Assembly (NCBI GenBank): GCA_963726255.1
Contig: CAVSBL010000002.1
Coordinates: 1,248,001-1,312,000 of the forward strand
From: Candidatus Bathyarchaeota archaeon
GTDB taxonomy: Archaea > Thermoproteota > Bathyarchaeia > 40CM-2-53-6
Length of the DNA stretch: 64,000 nucleotides
Direction of reading: 5' to 3'
Part shown: positions 26,998-37,065 of the stretch, in pieces
Layout: every line of letters begins with the position of its first letter
Position numbering within the stretch: the first letter of the stretch is position 1
Translations under genes and position numbers: made by a program
Notes under the pieces: generated by a model
The model's input: only the letters and a program-made list of their open reading frames with translations
What the model was told of the DNA's origin: nothing
Databases searched by the model: none

Positions 26998-28905
26998 TTG
27001 CACATCGTAGTCTGTGTGAAGCATGTACCCGATGCTACGGACATTCGTTTTGACCCAATTACGCTTAACCTGATCCGTGAGGGTGTCCCTTCAATCGTTA
27101 ATCCCTTCTGCCTCAATGCCATCGAAGAAGCAATTCGGCTAAGGGAAAAGTTTGGGGGCAAAATCACCGCGGTATCCATGGGGCCGCTACAAGCGCAGGA
27201 AGGCTTACGCGAAGCCCTCGCCATGGGTGCTGATCGCGCAGTGATGGTTTCGGATAGGGAGATGGCGGGCGCAGACACCTTGGCGACCTCCTATACGCTC
27301 TGGAGAAGCATTGCAACGATAGCGGAAACTGAGCCCTTTGACCTAATCCTAAGTGGAAAGGTCGCCATCGATGGCGAAACAGGCCAAGTTCCACCAGGCC
27401 TTGCTGTAAGATTCAACATTCCCATCATTTCGAACGTCACGAAAATAGACCAAGTCGACATCAAATCCCGAACGATAGTTGCAAAGCATAGGTTCGACGA
27501 CGGTATTGAGACTGTTCAGGCAAGATTCCCGGCCGTTCTCACGATTACTGAAGAAGCAAACAAGCCAAGGAAATTCACGATTGAAGGCATGCTGAACGCG
27601 AAGAGAGCAAGAATCGAAATTTGGGATAAGCAGGCGATAAATGCTGATCCCAATCTTTTGGGCCTCAAGGGTTCTCCTACCATCGTGAAGAAAGTCTTCC
27701 CACCTCCCGGACGGAAACAGGGGGAGGTTTTCGATGGGACTAGGGACCCGCACGCCGCGGTGAAATGGTTAGTTCAGAACCTCTTCCAAGTTCATGCTTT
27801 CGGGCCAGCGCCTCCAAAGGCCGCCGAAGCGTTGCCGAAGTCCCCGAACGAGAAGGCGGCGATTGAAGACGCGGGAAAGTACGGGGAGGTTTGGGTTTTC
27901 GTTGAACATTTTCACGGAAAACCGGCAGCAGTCTCATGGGAACTCTTGGGGGAGGGAAGACGGCTCGCAGGGATCTACGGAACTAAGCTCGGGGCACTGA
28001 TAATTGGAAACCGCGTGGATCACCTAGCGAAGGAATCATTTGTTCACGGCGCCGACAGGGCCTATCTGGTTGAAGATGAACGGCTTGAGAATTATCGCAC
28101 GCAACCGTACGCTGTTGCCATGGAAGAAGCCGTGAGGAAATTCAAGCCCGAGGCCCTGCTAGTAGGCGGAACCATTAGGGGCCGAGACTTAGCGGGCTCG
28201 GCAGCGACCTTTCTGGAAACAGGCCTAATTGCGGATTGTACCGCTTTGGACGTTGATATGGAAACTGGCACGTTCATGGGCACGAGGCCTGACTACGGCG
28301 GCAACCTGATGTCCACCATAATCTGCCCCAAGAATAGGCCTACGATGGCCAGTGTCCGCCCACGTGTAATGAAGAGCGTACCACCAGAGCAGAATAGGGA
28401 CGGCGAGATAGCCCATGTTGACTTGAACCTCAAAGACACTGACGTAAACACGGACATCTTGGAGTTCGCCCCGATCGAGAAAGTAGACGTCCGCCTAGAA
28501 GATGCTCAGGTTATCGTCTCTGGGGGAAGAGGGCTGGGGGCAGGTAAGAACTTCCAATTAATCGAGGAACTCGCAAAGACTCTCCAAGCCCAAGTCGGAG
28601 CCTCAAGGGCAGCAGTACGGGCTGGTTGGATAAGCCCAGAGCACCAAGTTGGCCAAACAGGGTTCACGGTCAGACCACGGTTGTACATCGCAGTTGGCAT
28701 TTCAGGAGCCATCCAACACATTGTAGGCATAATGAACGCGGACTACATCGTCGCGATAAACCGAGACCCCGAAGCACCCATCTTCAAGATGGCGAATTTC
28801 GGCATCGTTGGCGACCTGTTCAAGGTAGTCCCAGCCTTGATTGAAGAGCTGAAGAATGTACACCTAGCTGAGTTAGCACCATGGCAGAGAAGTTCGACTC
28901 GGTAG
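26998..28905 (+). CDS. Fused electron transfer flavoprotein beta+alpha (FixA-FixB)
   Basis: IVVCVKHVPD, GADTLATS, DGETGQV, then SGGRGLG, QVGQTG, GISGAIQH. Confidence 0.92.
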   Translation: MHIVVCVKHVPDATDIRFDPITLNLIREGVPSIVNPFCLNAIEEAIRLREKFGGKITAVSMGPLQAQEGLREALAMGADRAVMVSDREMAGADTLATSYTLWRSIATIAETEPFDLILSGKVAIDGETGQVPPGLAVRFNIPIISNVTKIDQVDIKSRTIVAKHRFDDGIETVQARFPAVLTITEEANKPRKFTIEGMLNAKRARIEIWDKQAINADPNLLGLKGSPTIVKKVFPPPGRKQGEVFDGTRDPHAAVKWLVQNLFQVHAFGPAPPKAAEALPKSPNEKAAIEDAGKYGEVWVFVEHFHGKPAAVSWELLGEGRRLAGIYGTKLGALIIGNRVDHLAKESFVHGADRAYLVEDERLENYRTQPYAVAMEEAVRKFKPEALLVGGTIRGRDLAGSAATFLETGLIADCTALDVDMETGTFMGTRPDYGGNLMSTIICPKNRPTMASVRPRVMKSVPPEQNRDGEIAHVDLNLKDTDVNTDILEFAPIEKVDVRLEDAQVIVSGGRGLGAGKNFQLIEELAKTLQAQVGASRAAVRAGWISPEHQVGQTGFTVRPRLYIAVGISGAIQHIVGIMNADYIVAINRDPEAPIFKMANFGIVGDLFKVVPALIEELKNVHLAELAPWQRSSTR

Positions 28906-30161
28906 TCGTAGGCGCAGGCCCTGCTGGAATCGCGGCAGCATACACGATGGCCAAAGCCGGGTTGAACGTTCTCGTTCTCGAAAAGGGTGAGAAACCTGGC
29001 GCCAAAAACATGTTTGGCGGAATTATCTTCAGACATCACACTGAGAAGCTGGCCCCGGAATTCTGGAAGACAGCACCGGTCGAGCGGCACGTGGTCGAAT
29101 ACCAATACTGGTTTCTATCAAAGGATTCGCACCTACTTCTAAGCCACAGGAACCAAAAGTTCAACAGCCAATACAATGCCTTCACGGTCCACCGTGCAAA
29201 GTTTGACCCCTGGTTCGCGAAACTAGCAGAGGACGCGGGAGCAGTCATCATCAACAGGACCACTGTAGACGACGTTCTGAAGGAAAATGGAAAAATCATC
29301 GGCGTCAAGACCGAACGCGGAGACATTCTAGCGGACGTTGTAATTGCGGCCGACGGCGTCAATTCGATGCTTTCCAAACAGGCGGGCCTAAGGGAAGAAC
29401 TACCTCAGGATGCCGTGGTTTTGGCCCTGAAAGAGGTCATCGCTGTTCCGAAACAAAAGATCGAGGAACGCTTCAACCTCGGACCGGATGAGGGCATCGC
29501 AGCGTTACTTGTCGGCTGGGGGCCCGGAATGCATGCAGGGTTCATGTACACTAACCGAGACACAATCTCACTTGGCATAGCCATCAGCTTGCGTGACCTG
29601 GACAAGAGCAAGCAACGCCCGAACGTTTTGTTTGAACAATTCAAGAGTCACCCATCAATAGCCCCGCTAATCAAAGATGGGGAACTGAAAGAATACTCAG
29701 CCCACTTAATCCCCGAAGGCGGATACGATTACGTAGCCAACACCTACACGGACGGCATGCTCGTCGTGGGCGACGCTGCGATGTTAGTCAACGCCGTCAA
29801 CTGGGAAGGCACAAACCTAGCCATGACTTCTGGAATCATTGCAGGAGAAACCGTCATAGAAGCCAAGAAGAAAAACGACTTCTCATCGAGAACACTCGCC
29901 AAGTACAGGGAACGTTTGGAAGAAAGCTTCGTTCTGAGGGATTTGAAGAAATATCGGGGGATCCCGAAGTTCTTCTCGTCCAACCCCGAGTTCTTCACGT
30001 TATATCCGGATACGCTCAACGAACTGTTCTACATGTGGCACGTGGTCGACGACGAGTTTAAGGCGGATAGGATCAAACGGATGAAGGCTACGCTCTTCAA
30101 ACGGCGTTCAAGAGTCGCCCTCGTGAGAGATTTCTACCACCTGTGGAGGTTGTTCTCATGA
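28881..30161 (+). CDS. fixC: FixC-like FAD oxidoreductase
   Basis: VGAGPAG, GAKNMFGG, EYSAHLIPEGG, VGDAA. Confidence 0.88.
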   Translation: MAEKFDSVVVGAGPAGIAAAYTMAKAGLNVLVLEKGEKPGAKNMFGGIIFRHHTEKLAPEFWKTAPVERHVVEYQYWFLSKDSHLLLSHRNQKFNSQYNAFTVHRAKFDPWFAKLAEDAGAVIINRTTVDDVLKENGKIIGVKTERGDILADVVIAADGVNSMLSKQAGLREELPQDAVVLALKEVIAVPKQKIEERFNLGPDEGIAALLVGWGPGMHAGFMYTNRDTISLGIAISLRDLDKSKQRPNVLFEQFKSHPSIAPLIKDGELKEYSAHLIPEGGYDYVANTYTDGMLVVGDAAMLVNAVNWEGTNLAMTSGIIAGETVIEAKKKNDFSSRTLAKYRERLEESFVLRDLKKYRGIPKFFSSNPEFFTLYPDTLNELFYMWHVVDDEFKADRIKRMKATLFKRRSRVALVRDFYHLWRLFS

Positions 30162-30442
30162 CACAGCGTGTCTTGGCGATCGAGGACAAGCTGTACAGAA
30201 ACCGGTACAAGGTTGACGAGGAGTCGCACCTGTGGATCAAGGACGCTAAAATGTGCCTACGGTGCCCCTTCGACTTCGCATGCATCAGGGTCTGTCCCAC
30301 TGACGTCTACAAGTGGGAAGAAAGCAAGATCACAATCACCTACGACGCCTGCGTAGAATGCGGGGCATGTAGAATTGCATGCTACGACATCGGTTGGAAG
30401 AACCCCAAAGGCGGGTTTGGAATCTCCTACAAATACGGCTGA
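30158..30442 (+). CDS. fixX: FixX-like ferredoxin
   Basis: CIRVCP..VY, CVECGACRIAC, PKGGFGISYKYG. Confidence 0.88.
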   Translation: MTQRVLAIEDKLYRNRYKVDEESHLWIKDAKMCLRCPFDFACIRVCPTDVYKWEESKITITYDACVECGACRIACYDIGWKNPKGGFGISYKYG

Positions 30443-30454
30443 TATTCAGTCCCG

Positions 30455-31516
30455 CTACAGCTTGACCGATTCGTAAGTTACTTGCAGGATTCCGTTTTGG
30501 CCGCCCCAATGGAACCGGGGCACGTGCCTCCTGAACCTCTTGAAGCGTTGACTAAGCGCGTGGGTGACTATCGGAAGAGCTATGGTCGCATCGGTGAAGC
30601 ACTGAACCATCCGGGAATGCCGGTTGTACTTACCCCAGCTCTGCGCTTCCTCGAAGGTTGACCCACTCAGCCCGCCCCATTGCGGAATGTCGGTCGTGAA
30701 TTGAATTGCAAAATCGTGTGTTCGGTCGTGGCGTGTTTGGTAGCTGGCGATCACAGCAGTTTGTTGTATGAAGTTCTTCGGAACCCCACCGCCCACAATA
30801 ATTACAGCTGTGTGGCTTGACCTCTCCGTGATCTTAGAACTCTCATCAACATCACGCATGTGGTCCACTATGATGTGGCGTTTGCCCCTTCTGTTTGCGA
30901 ACATGAGCGAGAAGCCCAAGCCGCTGTCGCACATCGCCGGGACGAATATTGGAACACCCATTTCATATGCCGCCACGCAAATTCCATCCCTACCTTTTGC
31001 CCATTGGGAGACCCATTTCCCGAACTCATGCATAACCTCCCGGGAGGAATACGGCCTTCCAGATTGGAGGCGTGAAGAGAAGTCTTTCTCAATCATTACA
31101 TCCAGGTGGTAGAATTTTCGTTCATCAGCATACACGTCATACATCCTGTCGATTCTTTGACGCCTGAGCATCACGTTGTCTATCTGGTCCGTTCCCTGGA
31201 AGTGTTTGCCGCCGATGGTTTCGTATGCATCATGGTAGAGTGTCGCGCCTGTGGTTACGAGTACGTCAACCATCCTGCGCCGTATGAGGTAGGTGATTAG
31301 TTCACGCATTCCTGCGGGAACCATGGCGCCCGCAAGTCCCATCCATATTACTATTTCGCGTTTCTTGAGCATCCCCGTCCAGGCGTCCGCGGCTTCACCT
31401 AGTTTACGCCCCTGAAATCCTGTGAGCGCCATGTCTCCAAGTAATTCACTGATAGTCTTCTCTGCTTGTACTTCGACGGGACGCGTTGGATGCCGTAGAA
31501 TTTGATGTCGCTGCAA
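30455..31516 (-). CDS. dys: Deoxyhypusine synthase family protein
   Basis: GGGVPKNF, WGGLSGSTFEEAQSWGK, DATIALP. Confidence 0.85.
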   Translation of the reverse strand: MQRHQILRHPTRPVEVQAEKTISELLGDMALTGFQGRKLGEAADAWTGMLKKREIVIWMGLAGAMVPAGMRELITYLIRRRMVDVLVTTGATLYHDAYETIGGKHFQGTDQIDNVMLRRQRIDRMYDVYADERKFYHLDVMIEKDFSSRLQSGRPYSSREVMHEFGKWVSQWAKGRDGICVAAYEMGVPIFVPAMCDSGLGFSLMFANRRGKRHIIVDHMRDVDESSKITERSSHTAVIIVGGGVPKNFIQQTAVIASYQTRHDRTHDFAIQFTTDIPQWGGLSGSTFEEAQSWGKYNRHSRMVQCFTDATIALPIVTHALSQRFKRFRRHVPRFHWGGQNGILQVTYESVKL

Positions 31517-31585
31517 TCTTGTCGCCCCACTAATCCATTCTCATCTCAAATAAAACCTGCGAAATGAGAAAAATTAGAATTTGAA

Positions 31586-31810
31586 CTATGCTTCTCCGAG
31601 AATTTCGGCAATCAACTTAGCCTCGGCAGCACCTTTCTTGGTCTCTTTGTAATGCTTCCAATTTTTTTCGAACCTATTTATGATCGCAAGTACGTCGGGT
31701 AATGGCACCCAATCAGAGGTTATCGGGTACACTTTCTCAGCTACCGGAGATTTGCCTAATGCCTCGACTTCGTGCTTCATTTGCTGCAGATTCATGGCCT
31801 CGACATCCAA
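31586..31810 (-). CDS. Hypothetical protein
   Basis: 74-aa ATG ORF with GGAGG upstream, in a same-strand gene run. Confidence 0.6.
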   Translation of the reverse strand: MDVEAMNLQQMKHEVEALGKSPVAEKVYPITSDWVPLPDVLAIINRFEKNWKHYKETKKGAAEAKLIAEILGEA

Positions 31811-31865
31811 GCCTCCATATGCGTCCCGATTCGCAATTTATCTTATTCGAATCAAGAGAATCCCG

Positions 31866-33452
31866 TTACTTCAGCGCTTTCAGGGCCTTTGAAAACAGTT
31901 GATTGTCCTCGCCGTTTGCTTCAATGATTGTGACTTTCATCTTTCCTTTGAACTTGGCCTTTATCGCTCGCGCAATCTTGGCTTGCCATGCCTCCTCCAC
32001 GAAGATTAAACACCGTGCGTACGTTGAGGCTTTCAAGTAACCGATGATCCTTTTGAGTGCGGTATCTACACTTGCCTGGTTTGCTGTGAGGGCGGTTTCT
32101 GTTTGGGATAATGGATAAACGTCTAGCAGTTCTTGCGGAATTATGGCGAAGGTGAGACTGTAGGAGCAAATGTGCACGTCAGTTCGCCTCTCGAGTTTTC
32201 GAAGCGATTCTTGGAGTTTTGACGTTTCCCGGAATGGTTCCAGTTGGGATCCGGGTAGGAGAATTAGCTTCTTAACCTGGCCTGGTGGGCGATACCTCTC
32301 CAGCAACCGTTTCTGGTGGCGAAAAACTTCAGGCCGACGTAGTGAATCCTCAGTGAAGACGAATGGCCCTTTCTTCTTGCTTACAGGAGTACCTTCTTCC
32401 AGCTCCTCAGCATAAGTCAACATCTGTTTGAATGCGACTTGAAGTGCCGGGTGCGTTCGGGACCTCGTTTCAACAAGCTCCCAAAGCCTACCATCAACAA
32501 CAGCCTGCTTGACGGTTTGGAGTTCTCCCCTGCAGGTGTATAGGTTATGGGCGGCGAGGAAACGGTCACGGTACATAGGCAGGAGCTTCCTCACTTCGTC
32601 AGGGGTCTTCTTGTGACACGCTGGGCAGTTGCAGGGAAAGTACTCCAAATCCTCTATCTTCGCTGTACCTTGCGTCGTCATATAACGCCCATTTCTGGCG
32701 AAGAGCGCGTATGAGGCTGAATCGAAGATGTCGCAACCCAACGCCACCGCCAAAGCGAACATGATGGGATGGCCGGCCCCGAACAAGTGCAATGGCCTGT
32801 CTGGCGGCAGGTTGGCTTTCGCGGCCATGATCATGTCGACCATGATATCGTAGCGGTACTGTTGCATGACCGGGGTTGGGCTTCCAAGGGCGTAGATCGA
32901 AAAATCCCTCTTGGCCATTTCCCGCGCGGAGTAGGCTACGAGGTCAGGGTAGATGCCCCCTTGAACCGGGCCAACCCAGAGTATGTCACGTCGTTTGATT
33001 ACTTTTAACGCCTGGTCGGCCCTGCGCAGAGTCTCTTCAACGGTCCATTTGGCTCGGTCCTTCGAGGCCTCGGGCCCGGTTGGCACGTCGAGTATGACCG
33101 CCATATCGCTGTCCAAGCGTTCCTGAAAGCGAACTATCTCGTTAGGTTGAACTTCCACATCCCCATACTGAAGAATCTGGTAGGCGCCCGAATCTGTCTC
33201 AACCACACCATCGAAGTTCAGAAGCTGATGTATCTTCGGAACGTCCTGTTCTTTGCGATATTTGCGCCACACAAGGTAGGAGTTGGTAATCAGAGCGCCA
33301 AACCCAAAGGTTTCCCGCAGATCTTTTGCTGGAATTACCTGAGAATTCGGGTTTACAACAGGCAGTAGTAACGGGGTTTCAACCGTGCCGCTTTTCGTTC
33401 GGAGTAACCCGATTCGGCCTAGAAGGTCCTTGCTACGAATCTCGAAGGCCAT
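31866..33452 (-). CDS. tgtA: Archaeosine tRNA-guanine(15) transglycosylase
   Basis: ETP.LLPV, TDSGAYQ, HLFGAGHP, FDSASY, Zn motif CNCPAC. Confidence 0.93.
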   Translation of the reverse strand: MAFEIRSKDLLGRIGLLRTKSGTVETPLLLPVVNPNSQVIPAKDLRETFGFGALITNSYLVWRKYRKEQDVPKIHQLLNFDGVVETDSGAYQILQYGDVEVQPNEIVRFQERLDSDMAVILDVPTGPEASKDRAKWTVEETLRRADQALKVIKRRDILWVGPVQGGIYPDLVAYSAREMAKRDFSIYALGSPTPVMQQYRYDIMVDMIMAAKANLPPDRPLHLFGAGHPIMFALAVALGCDIFDSASYALFARNGRYMTTQGTAKIEDLEYFPCNCPACHKKTPDEVRKLLPMYRDRFLAAHNLYTCRGELQTVKQAVVDGRLWELVETRSRTHPALQVAFKQMLTYAEELEEGTPVSKKKGPFVFTEDSLRRPEVFRHQKRLLERYRPPGQVKKLILLPGSQLEPFRETSKLQESLRKLERRTDVHICSYSLTFAIIPQELLDVYPLSQTETALTANQASVDTALKRIIGYLKASTYARCLIFVEEAWQAKIARAIKAKFKGKMKVTIIEANGEDNQLFSKALKALK

Positions 33453-33507
33453 TCACAGTCGAGCTTCGCTCATCTAGTTCAACCGTATTTTCTCTGGGTT
33501 CAGGTGC

Positions 33508-33936
33508 CTAGGGTTGCGTTTGGGACCTGACAAATTCATCGTAGACCTTTTGAACCCTTTCGGCAGCGGGCCCGGTGCCCTCAAGCATCCCCTTTTCGGA
33601 AACTCGGATCCGGTCCATCACAACGATTATTCCGGCTCCTTCGTTGACCCTCACCATCCTAGGGAAAACCCGCTCTAACCTATCGGCTAGGGCTTGTAGG
33701 TTGAATGGCTTCTCGGTGCTGAAAATCTGCACAACACTGTTGCCGTTAAGGAAGAGTTTGTTAAGAAATCGGCCGGCGTCATCTTTCGCGCCAGTTAGGC
33801 AAATGTTGAGCGAGTGGGAATCAACGCCTGAAAGAATACCCGTGTAATTCTTTCCGTCCGAAGTTACGACGGTAATCACTTTTTGGAGTTGAGCATTGAT
33901 TTCCTCCATAAACCTTCGATCGGGTAATGAGGACAT
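33508..33936 (-). CDS. Lsm/Sm-like protein with C-terminal extension (SmAP3 type)
   Basis: GKNYTGILSGVD...NICL...LFLNG, plus DRIRVSEKG...GPAAERV tail. Confidence 0.85.
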   Translation of the reverse strand: MSSLPDRRFMEEINAQLQKVITVVTSDGKNYTGILSGVDSHSLNICLTGAKDDAGRFLNKLFLNGNSVVQIFSTEKPFNLQALADRLERVFPRMVRVNEGAGIIVVMDRIRVSEKGMLEGTGPAAERVQKVYDEFVRSQTQP

Positions 33937-33975
33937 GGAATTTCGCCCCACTCATGGTTGGTCAGGTTAGTAACG

Positions 33976-34212
33976 TTATCGGCGTTCGACGCTGCTATTC
34001 GCGTTCATGTGCTGTTCCTGAGTTTTCGCTTCCTGCAGTGCAAGTCTTGCTTTCTTGGGATTTTCCGAACGAGCAATGATTCTCGCATCTTCTACGTTGA
34101 CTCGTCTTCCACAGTAGGGACAGGAACGGGTTCTCTTATCTGATACGGCGAGGAGAAGACGGCTGCACCGTGTACAGGCGACCACGAGGTAATGCTTCTT
34201 CGGGGTTGGCAC
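33976..34212 (-). CDS. DUF1922-like Zn-ribbon protein
   Basis: CTRC...RSCPYCG. Confidence 0.75.
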   Translation of the reverse strand: MPTPKKHYLVVACTRCSRLLLAVSDKRTRSCPYCGRRVNVEDARIIARSENPKKARLALQEAKTQEQHMNANSSVERR

Positions 34213-34216
34213 AGGC

Positions 34217-34816
34217 TCACCACTTCAAGTATCTAGCCAATGAATTTTCCTTACCCAAAGTCGTAATCCAATCAATCTTTATCCTCCTTCGCACTCCGTG
34301 GCGAAGAATTCGCTTTGCAGTAGCCACACACTTACTTGCGCTTATGTGGGACGTATCCAACTGAACAAGCCGGCCCCATCCATACCACTTCACGGCATCA
34401 ATAAGACACACGTCGAGCATTTCTGCCAAAGCGTTCTCTCGCACTTTGCTCGTCTTCCACTTCTTCCTGCCCAGACGCTTTTCGAGAATTCTCGGGTTAC
34501 AGCGCAGTACGAAGACGAGTCTCACTGAGTCCTTCGTGATAATTCCATCAGGTATGTGTGTATCCACGATTATCAAACGCCTTGCCCGAGATAGTAGGAG
34601 ACGCAGACTCGCCTGTACACGAGCGAGGTTAACAACCCTAGACTTTCTTTCGCGATCAAAACTGGTGTACAGTTTGTGTTTGGAGACGAAATGTGTGAGT
34701 GGGATGTAGTCTGCACCAATTTCTTGTGCAAGCTTCTTCGAGAAGGTAGTTTTGCCCGTTCCTGGGGTTCCAGTGACGACGATTGCTCGGCGTGCAGGCC
34801 AACTAGGAGCTCTCAT
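34217..34816 (-). CDS. Adenylate kinase AK6/Fap7 family
   Basis: VTGTPGTGKTT, IVDTH, VFVLRCNP, KVREN..AE. Confidence 0.88.
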   Translation of the reverse strand: MRAPSWPARRAIVVTGTPGTGKTTFSKKLAQEIGADYIPLTHFVSKHKLYTSFDRERKSRVVNLARVQASLRLLLSRARRLIIVDTHIPDGIITKDSVRLVFVLRCNPRILEKRLGRKKWKTSKVRENALAEMLDVCLIDAVKWYGWGRLVQLDTSHISASKCVATAKRILRHGVRRRIKIDWITTLGKENSLARYLKW

Positions 34817-35142
34817 TTGTCATCCGTGGCCTCGGGTCGTTTGCGTAAATATTCGCGGATTCCTTCCTTGATGAATCTGTAAAGTTCGGAGTACGGAAGA
34901 GCCTGTATGTCTTTCACGCCTTTGTCTGCGATATGGTTTGAGATGAAGGTTTGGAACCGCTCCTCTTCCGGGTTGATGTTCTGGATGTACCTTTCAAACA
35001 TTCGCACTATTCGCGAGCTTACACGAGCAAGGTACTGGGAATCGGATTCGGGCAATCTGACGCACGTCTTGGGTTGTGCCGAACACTGGCTTATGTAAAG
35101 GCAGAGTTGAGCGCAGCTTCGTCTTCCCGGTTTAGTTTCCAC
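34813..35142 (-). CDS. Hypothetical protein (start uncertain)
   Basis: Fills the operon gap; ATGA overlap with the AK6 gene. Confidence 0.55.
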   Translation of the reverse strand: METKPGRRSCAQLCLYISQCSAQPKTCVRLPESDSQYLARVSSRIVRMFERYIQNINPEEERFQTFISNHIADKGVKDIQALPYSELYRFIKEGIREYLRKRPEATDDK

Positions 35143-35936
35143 CCCGCGGCCCCACCGTTCTCCTTAACGTGATCCAGGCTGACGGCCTTAGGGATGGCTA
35201 CGACAGGGTCTTTTACTATTAGCCAATTCAAGGCCACTTGCACCTTCGTCTTACCGTATTTTCTGGCAGTCTGCTCGAGCACTTCCCAGCGTCTACCGCG
35301 TCCGCCTTTTGCGACCTGCCCCCGTCCGACTGGGCTATAGGCGATTATGGTAATGTGCTCGTCCGCGGCGAACCGCAGCAAATCCTGCTCGATCGACCTA
35401 TCCAACAAACTGTATTCTACCTGGTTGGAAACTAAATTTGCTTTCGATAGTGCCGTTTGTGCCTCACGGGTTTGTCGTACTGAGAAATTGCTTACGCCTA
35501 TGTGGCGTATCTTTCCTTCCGCAAGAAGCCGCTCCATTGCCCTCATCGTTTCCGCTACCGGAATGCTAGGGTTGGGCCAGTGCACCTGGTACAGATCTAT
35601 GTAACCTGCTTGGAGACGCCTTAGGCTAGACTCGCACGAACGAAGGACGCGCTCGTACGATAGGTTCTCGCCCGAAACTTTACTCGCGATGAAAACGTTA
35701 GCGCGTTCGGCTGCTACGGCCCCAGCTACAACCTCCTCAGAATGCCCGTTCGCATACATTTCCGCAGTGTCGATGAACCGCATTTCCAGTTCCAAGCCTA
35801 GACGCAAAGCCCGCACCGCCTGGTCGTCTCCTCCGACATGCTTGCTGCTGAAACCGCCTATACCCCAAGTTCCTAAGCCTAGCACCGGGACCTTGACCCC
35901 GCTTTTCCCAAGTTCCTTGTAATCCATATCGATCAC
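35091..35936 (-). CDS. Aldo/keto reductase
   Basis: LGLGTWGIGG, IDTAEMY, IDLYQVHWP, IGVSNF, AIPK. Confidence 0.93.
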   Translation of the reverse strand: MIDMDYKELGKSGVKVPVLGLGTWGIGGFSSKHVGGDDQAVRALRLGLELEMRFIDTAEMYANGHSEEVVAGAVAAERANVFIASKVSGENLSYERVLRSCESSLRRLQAGYIDLYQVHWPNPSIPVAETMRAMERLLAEGKIRHIGVSNFSVRQTREAQTALSKANLVSNQVEYSLLDRSIEQDLLRFAADEHITIIAYSPVGRGQVAKGGRGRRWEVLEQTARKYGKTKVQVALNWLIVKDPVVAIPKAVSLDHVKENGGAAGWKLNREDEAALNSAFT

Positions 35937-36058
35937 TCTACCCGAAGGATACGATAACTTCTAATGAAGAGGGCACATTTGAGTGATAGAGACACCTATA
36001 AACTGGGCCGCGTATGCGTGGCTGTAAAATTGTAAAATTTCGGTGCAGCTGATTTAGA

Positions 36059-36328
36059 ATGCGAATTGGAACTGCAGATGACGCAAAGGGCGTTGTAAGA
36101 AAATACATAATTGGAACAAGGTCGCGGCATGGAAAAGTGGCCTCAATAATAATAGAAGAGGAACCTAAAGGCCCAGATGACAAGGGAGTATGGGTTGTGA
36201 AAGGGACCTTCGTTACAGAAGAAGGCAATAAGGAGGATTTTACTGCTTCAATTACATCTCGAGGCGAAGTAACGATGACGCCAATCGCTCCTACGAGCGG
36301 GGAAAACGCTTCAAAACTCCGTAGGTGA
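36059..36328 (+). CDS. Hypothetical protein
   Basis: 89-aa ATG ORF with an alpha/beta pattern (WVVKG.F). Confidence 0.6.
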   Translation: MRIGTADDAKGVVRKYIIGTRSRHGKVASIIIEEEPKGPDDKGVWVVKGTFVTEEGNKEDFTASITSRGEVTMTPIAPTSGENASKLRR

Positions 36329-36574
36329 ACGTGGACCCACTCCTTAAGAGAGACGACCGAGTTAACGACATTGGTGCGCAGTCAAACTAGACTTCAGAAT
36401 AATTGTTGAATGATGTGATGATAATGCCATTTATGCGATCGAAACCGAAACCTAAACCGCCTGCCTATTGGACGAAAGGCACAGTCAGTTGGTACAGCCG
36501 ATATGGTCGGGGCGGCAGTCAGGAAACCTAGCTGCCTCGTTCTCCCGTAAGCCTGTAACCCGCAGAAACTGACT

Positions 36575-37009
36575 TCACGCTTTGTGTTTCTTGTTTCTTC
36601 TATCATTCCTGTACATGATGATGAACAGCACGAAGAGGATAATCCCGAGAAGGTGCGCTATTTCACAGTCTGAACATATGGCATGTATTACGGCGAGTTG
36701 AATGTAGTCCAAGTAGATGATCGCAGGGACGCATAATGCGCCAACCACCAGGCCGATCGTTGAGGCTCTTCGAATGCCGTAAGCCCTGAGGCCCGCGAGC
36801 AGAGTCAGCAGGCTGAACCACCCAATTGCGAGCAAGTGAATTGGTACTCCGTACAGGTAGGAGAAGGACGCCTGAAAGACCAGTGGACATTGAGACCCGA
36901 GGACGCAGGCGGTAAGAGTAGTTGCGGATACGTACCATTGAAGTAGGTACCAACTCCAATATGCACCAATTATCCCAACAATGACAGCTGGGATTACAAC
37001 TCGTTTCAA
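36575..37009 (-). CDS. Vitamin K epoxide reductase (VKOR) family protein
   Basis: C-x5-C loop, SYLYGVP, ICSDC..AH. Confidence 0.85.
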   Translation of the reverse strand: MKRVVIPAVIVGIIGAYWSWYLLQWYVSATTLTACVLGSQCPLVFQASFSYLYGVPIHLLAIGWFSLLTLLAGLRAYGIRRASTIGLVVGALCVPAIIYLDYIQLAVIHAICSDCEIAHLLGIILFVLFIIMYRNDRRNKKHKA

Positions 37010-37065
37010 CGTGATCCTCCCAAGCGTTGCTCTATGATGTTACTAGCTCTGCTTTCGCGAAGAAC

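Noticed and set aside
36424-36531. 35-aa ORF MPFMRSKPKPKPPAYW...
   Set aside because: No recognisable motif and only a weak SD; cannot be supported without conservation data.
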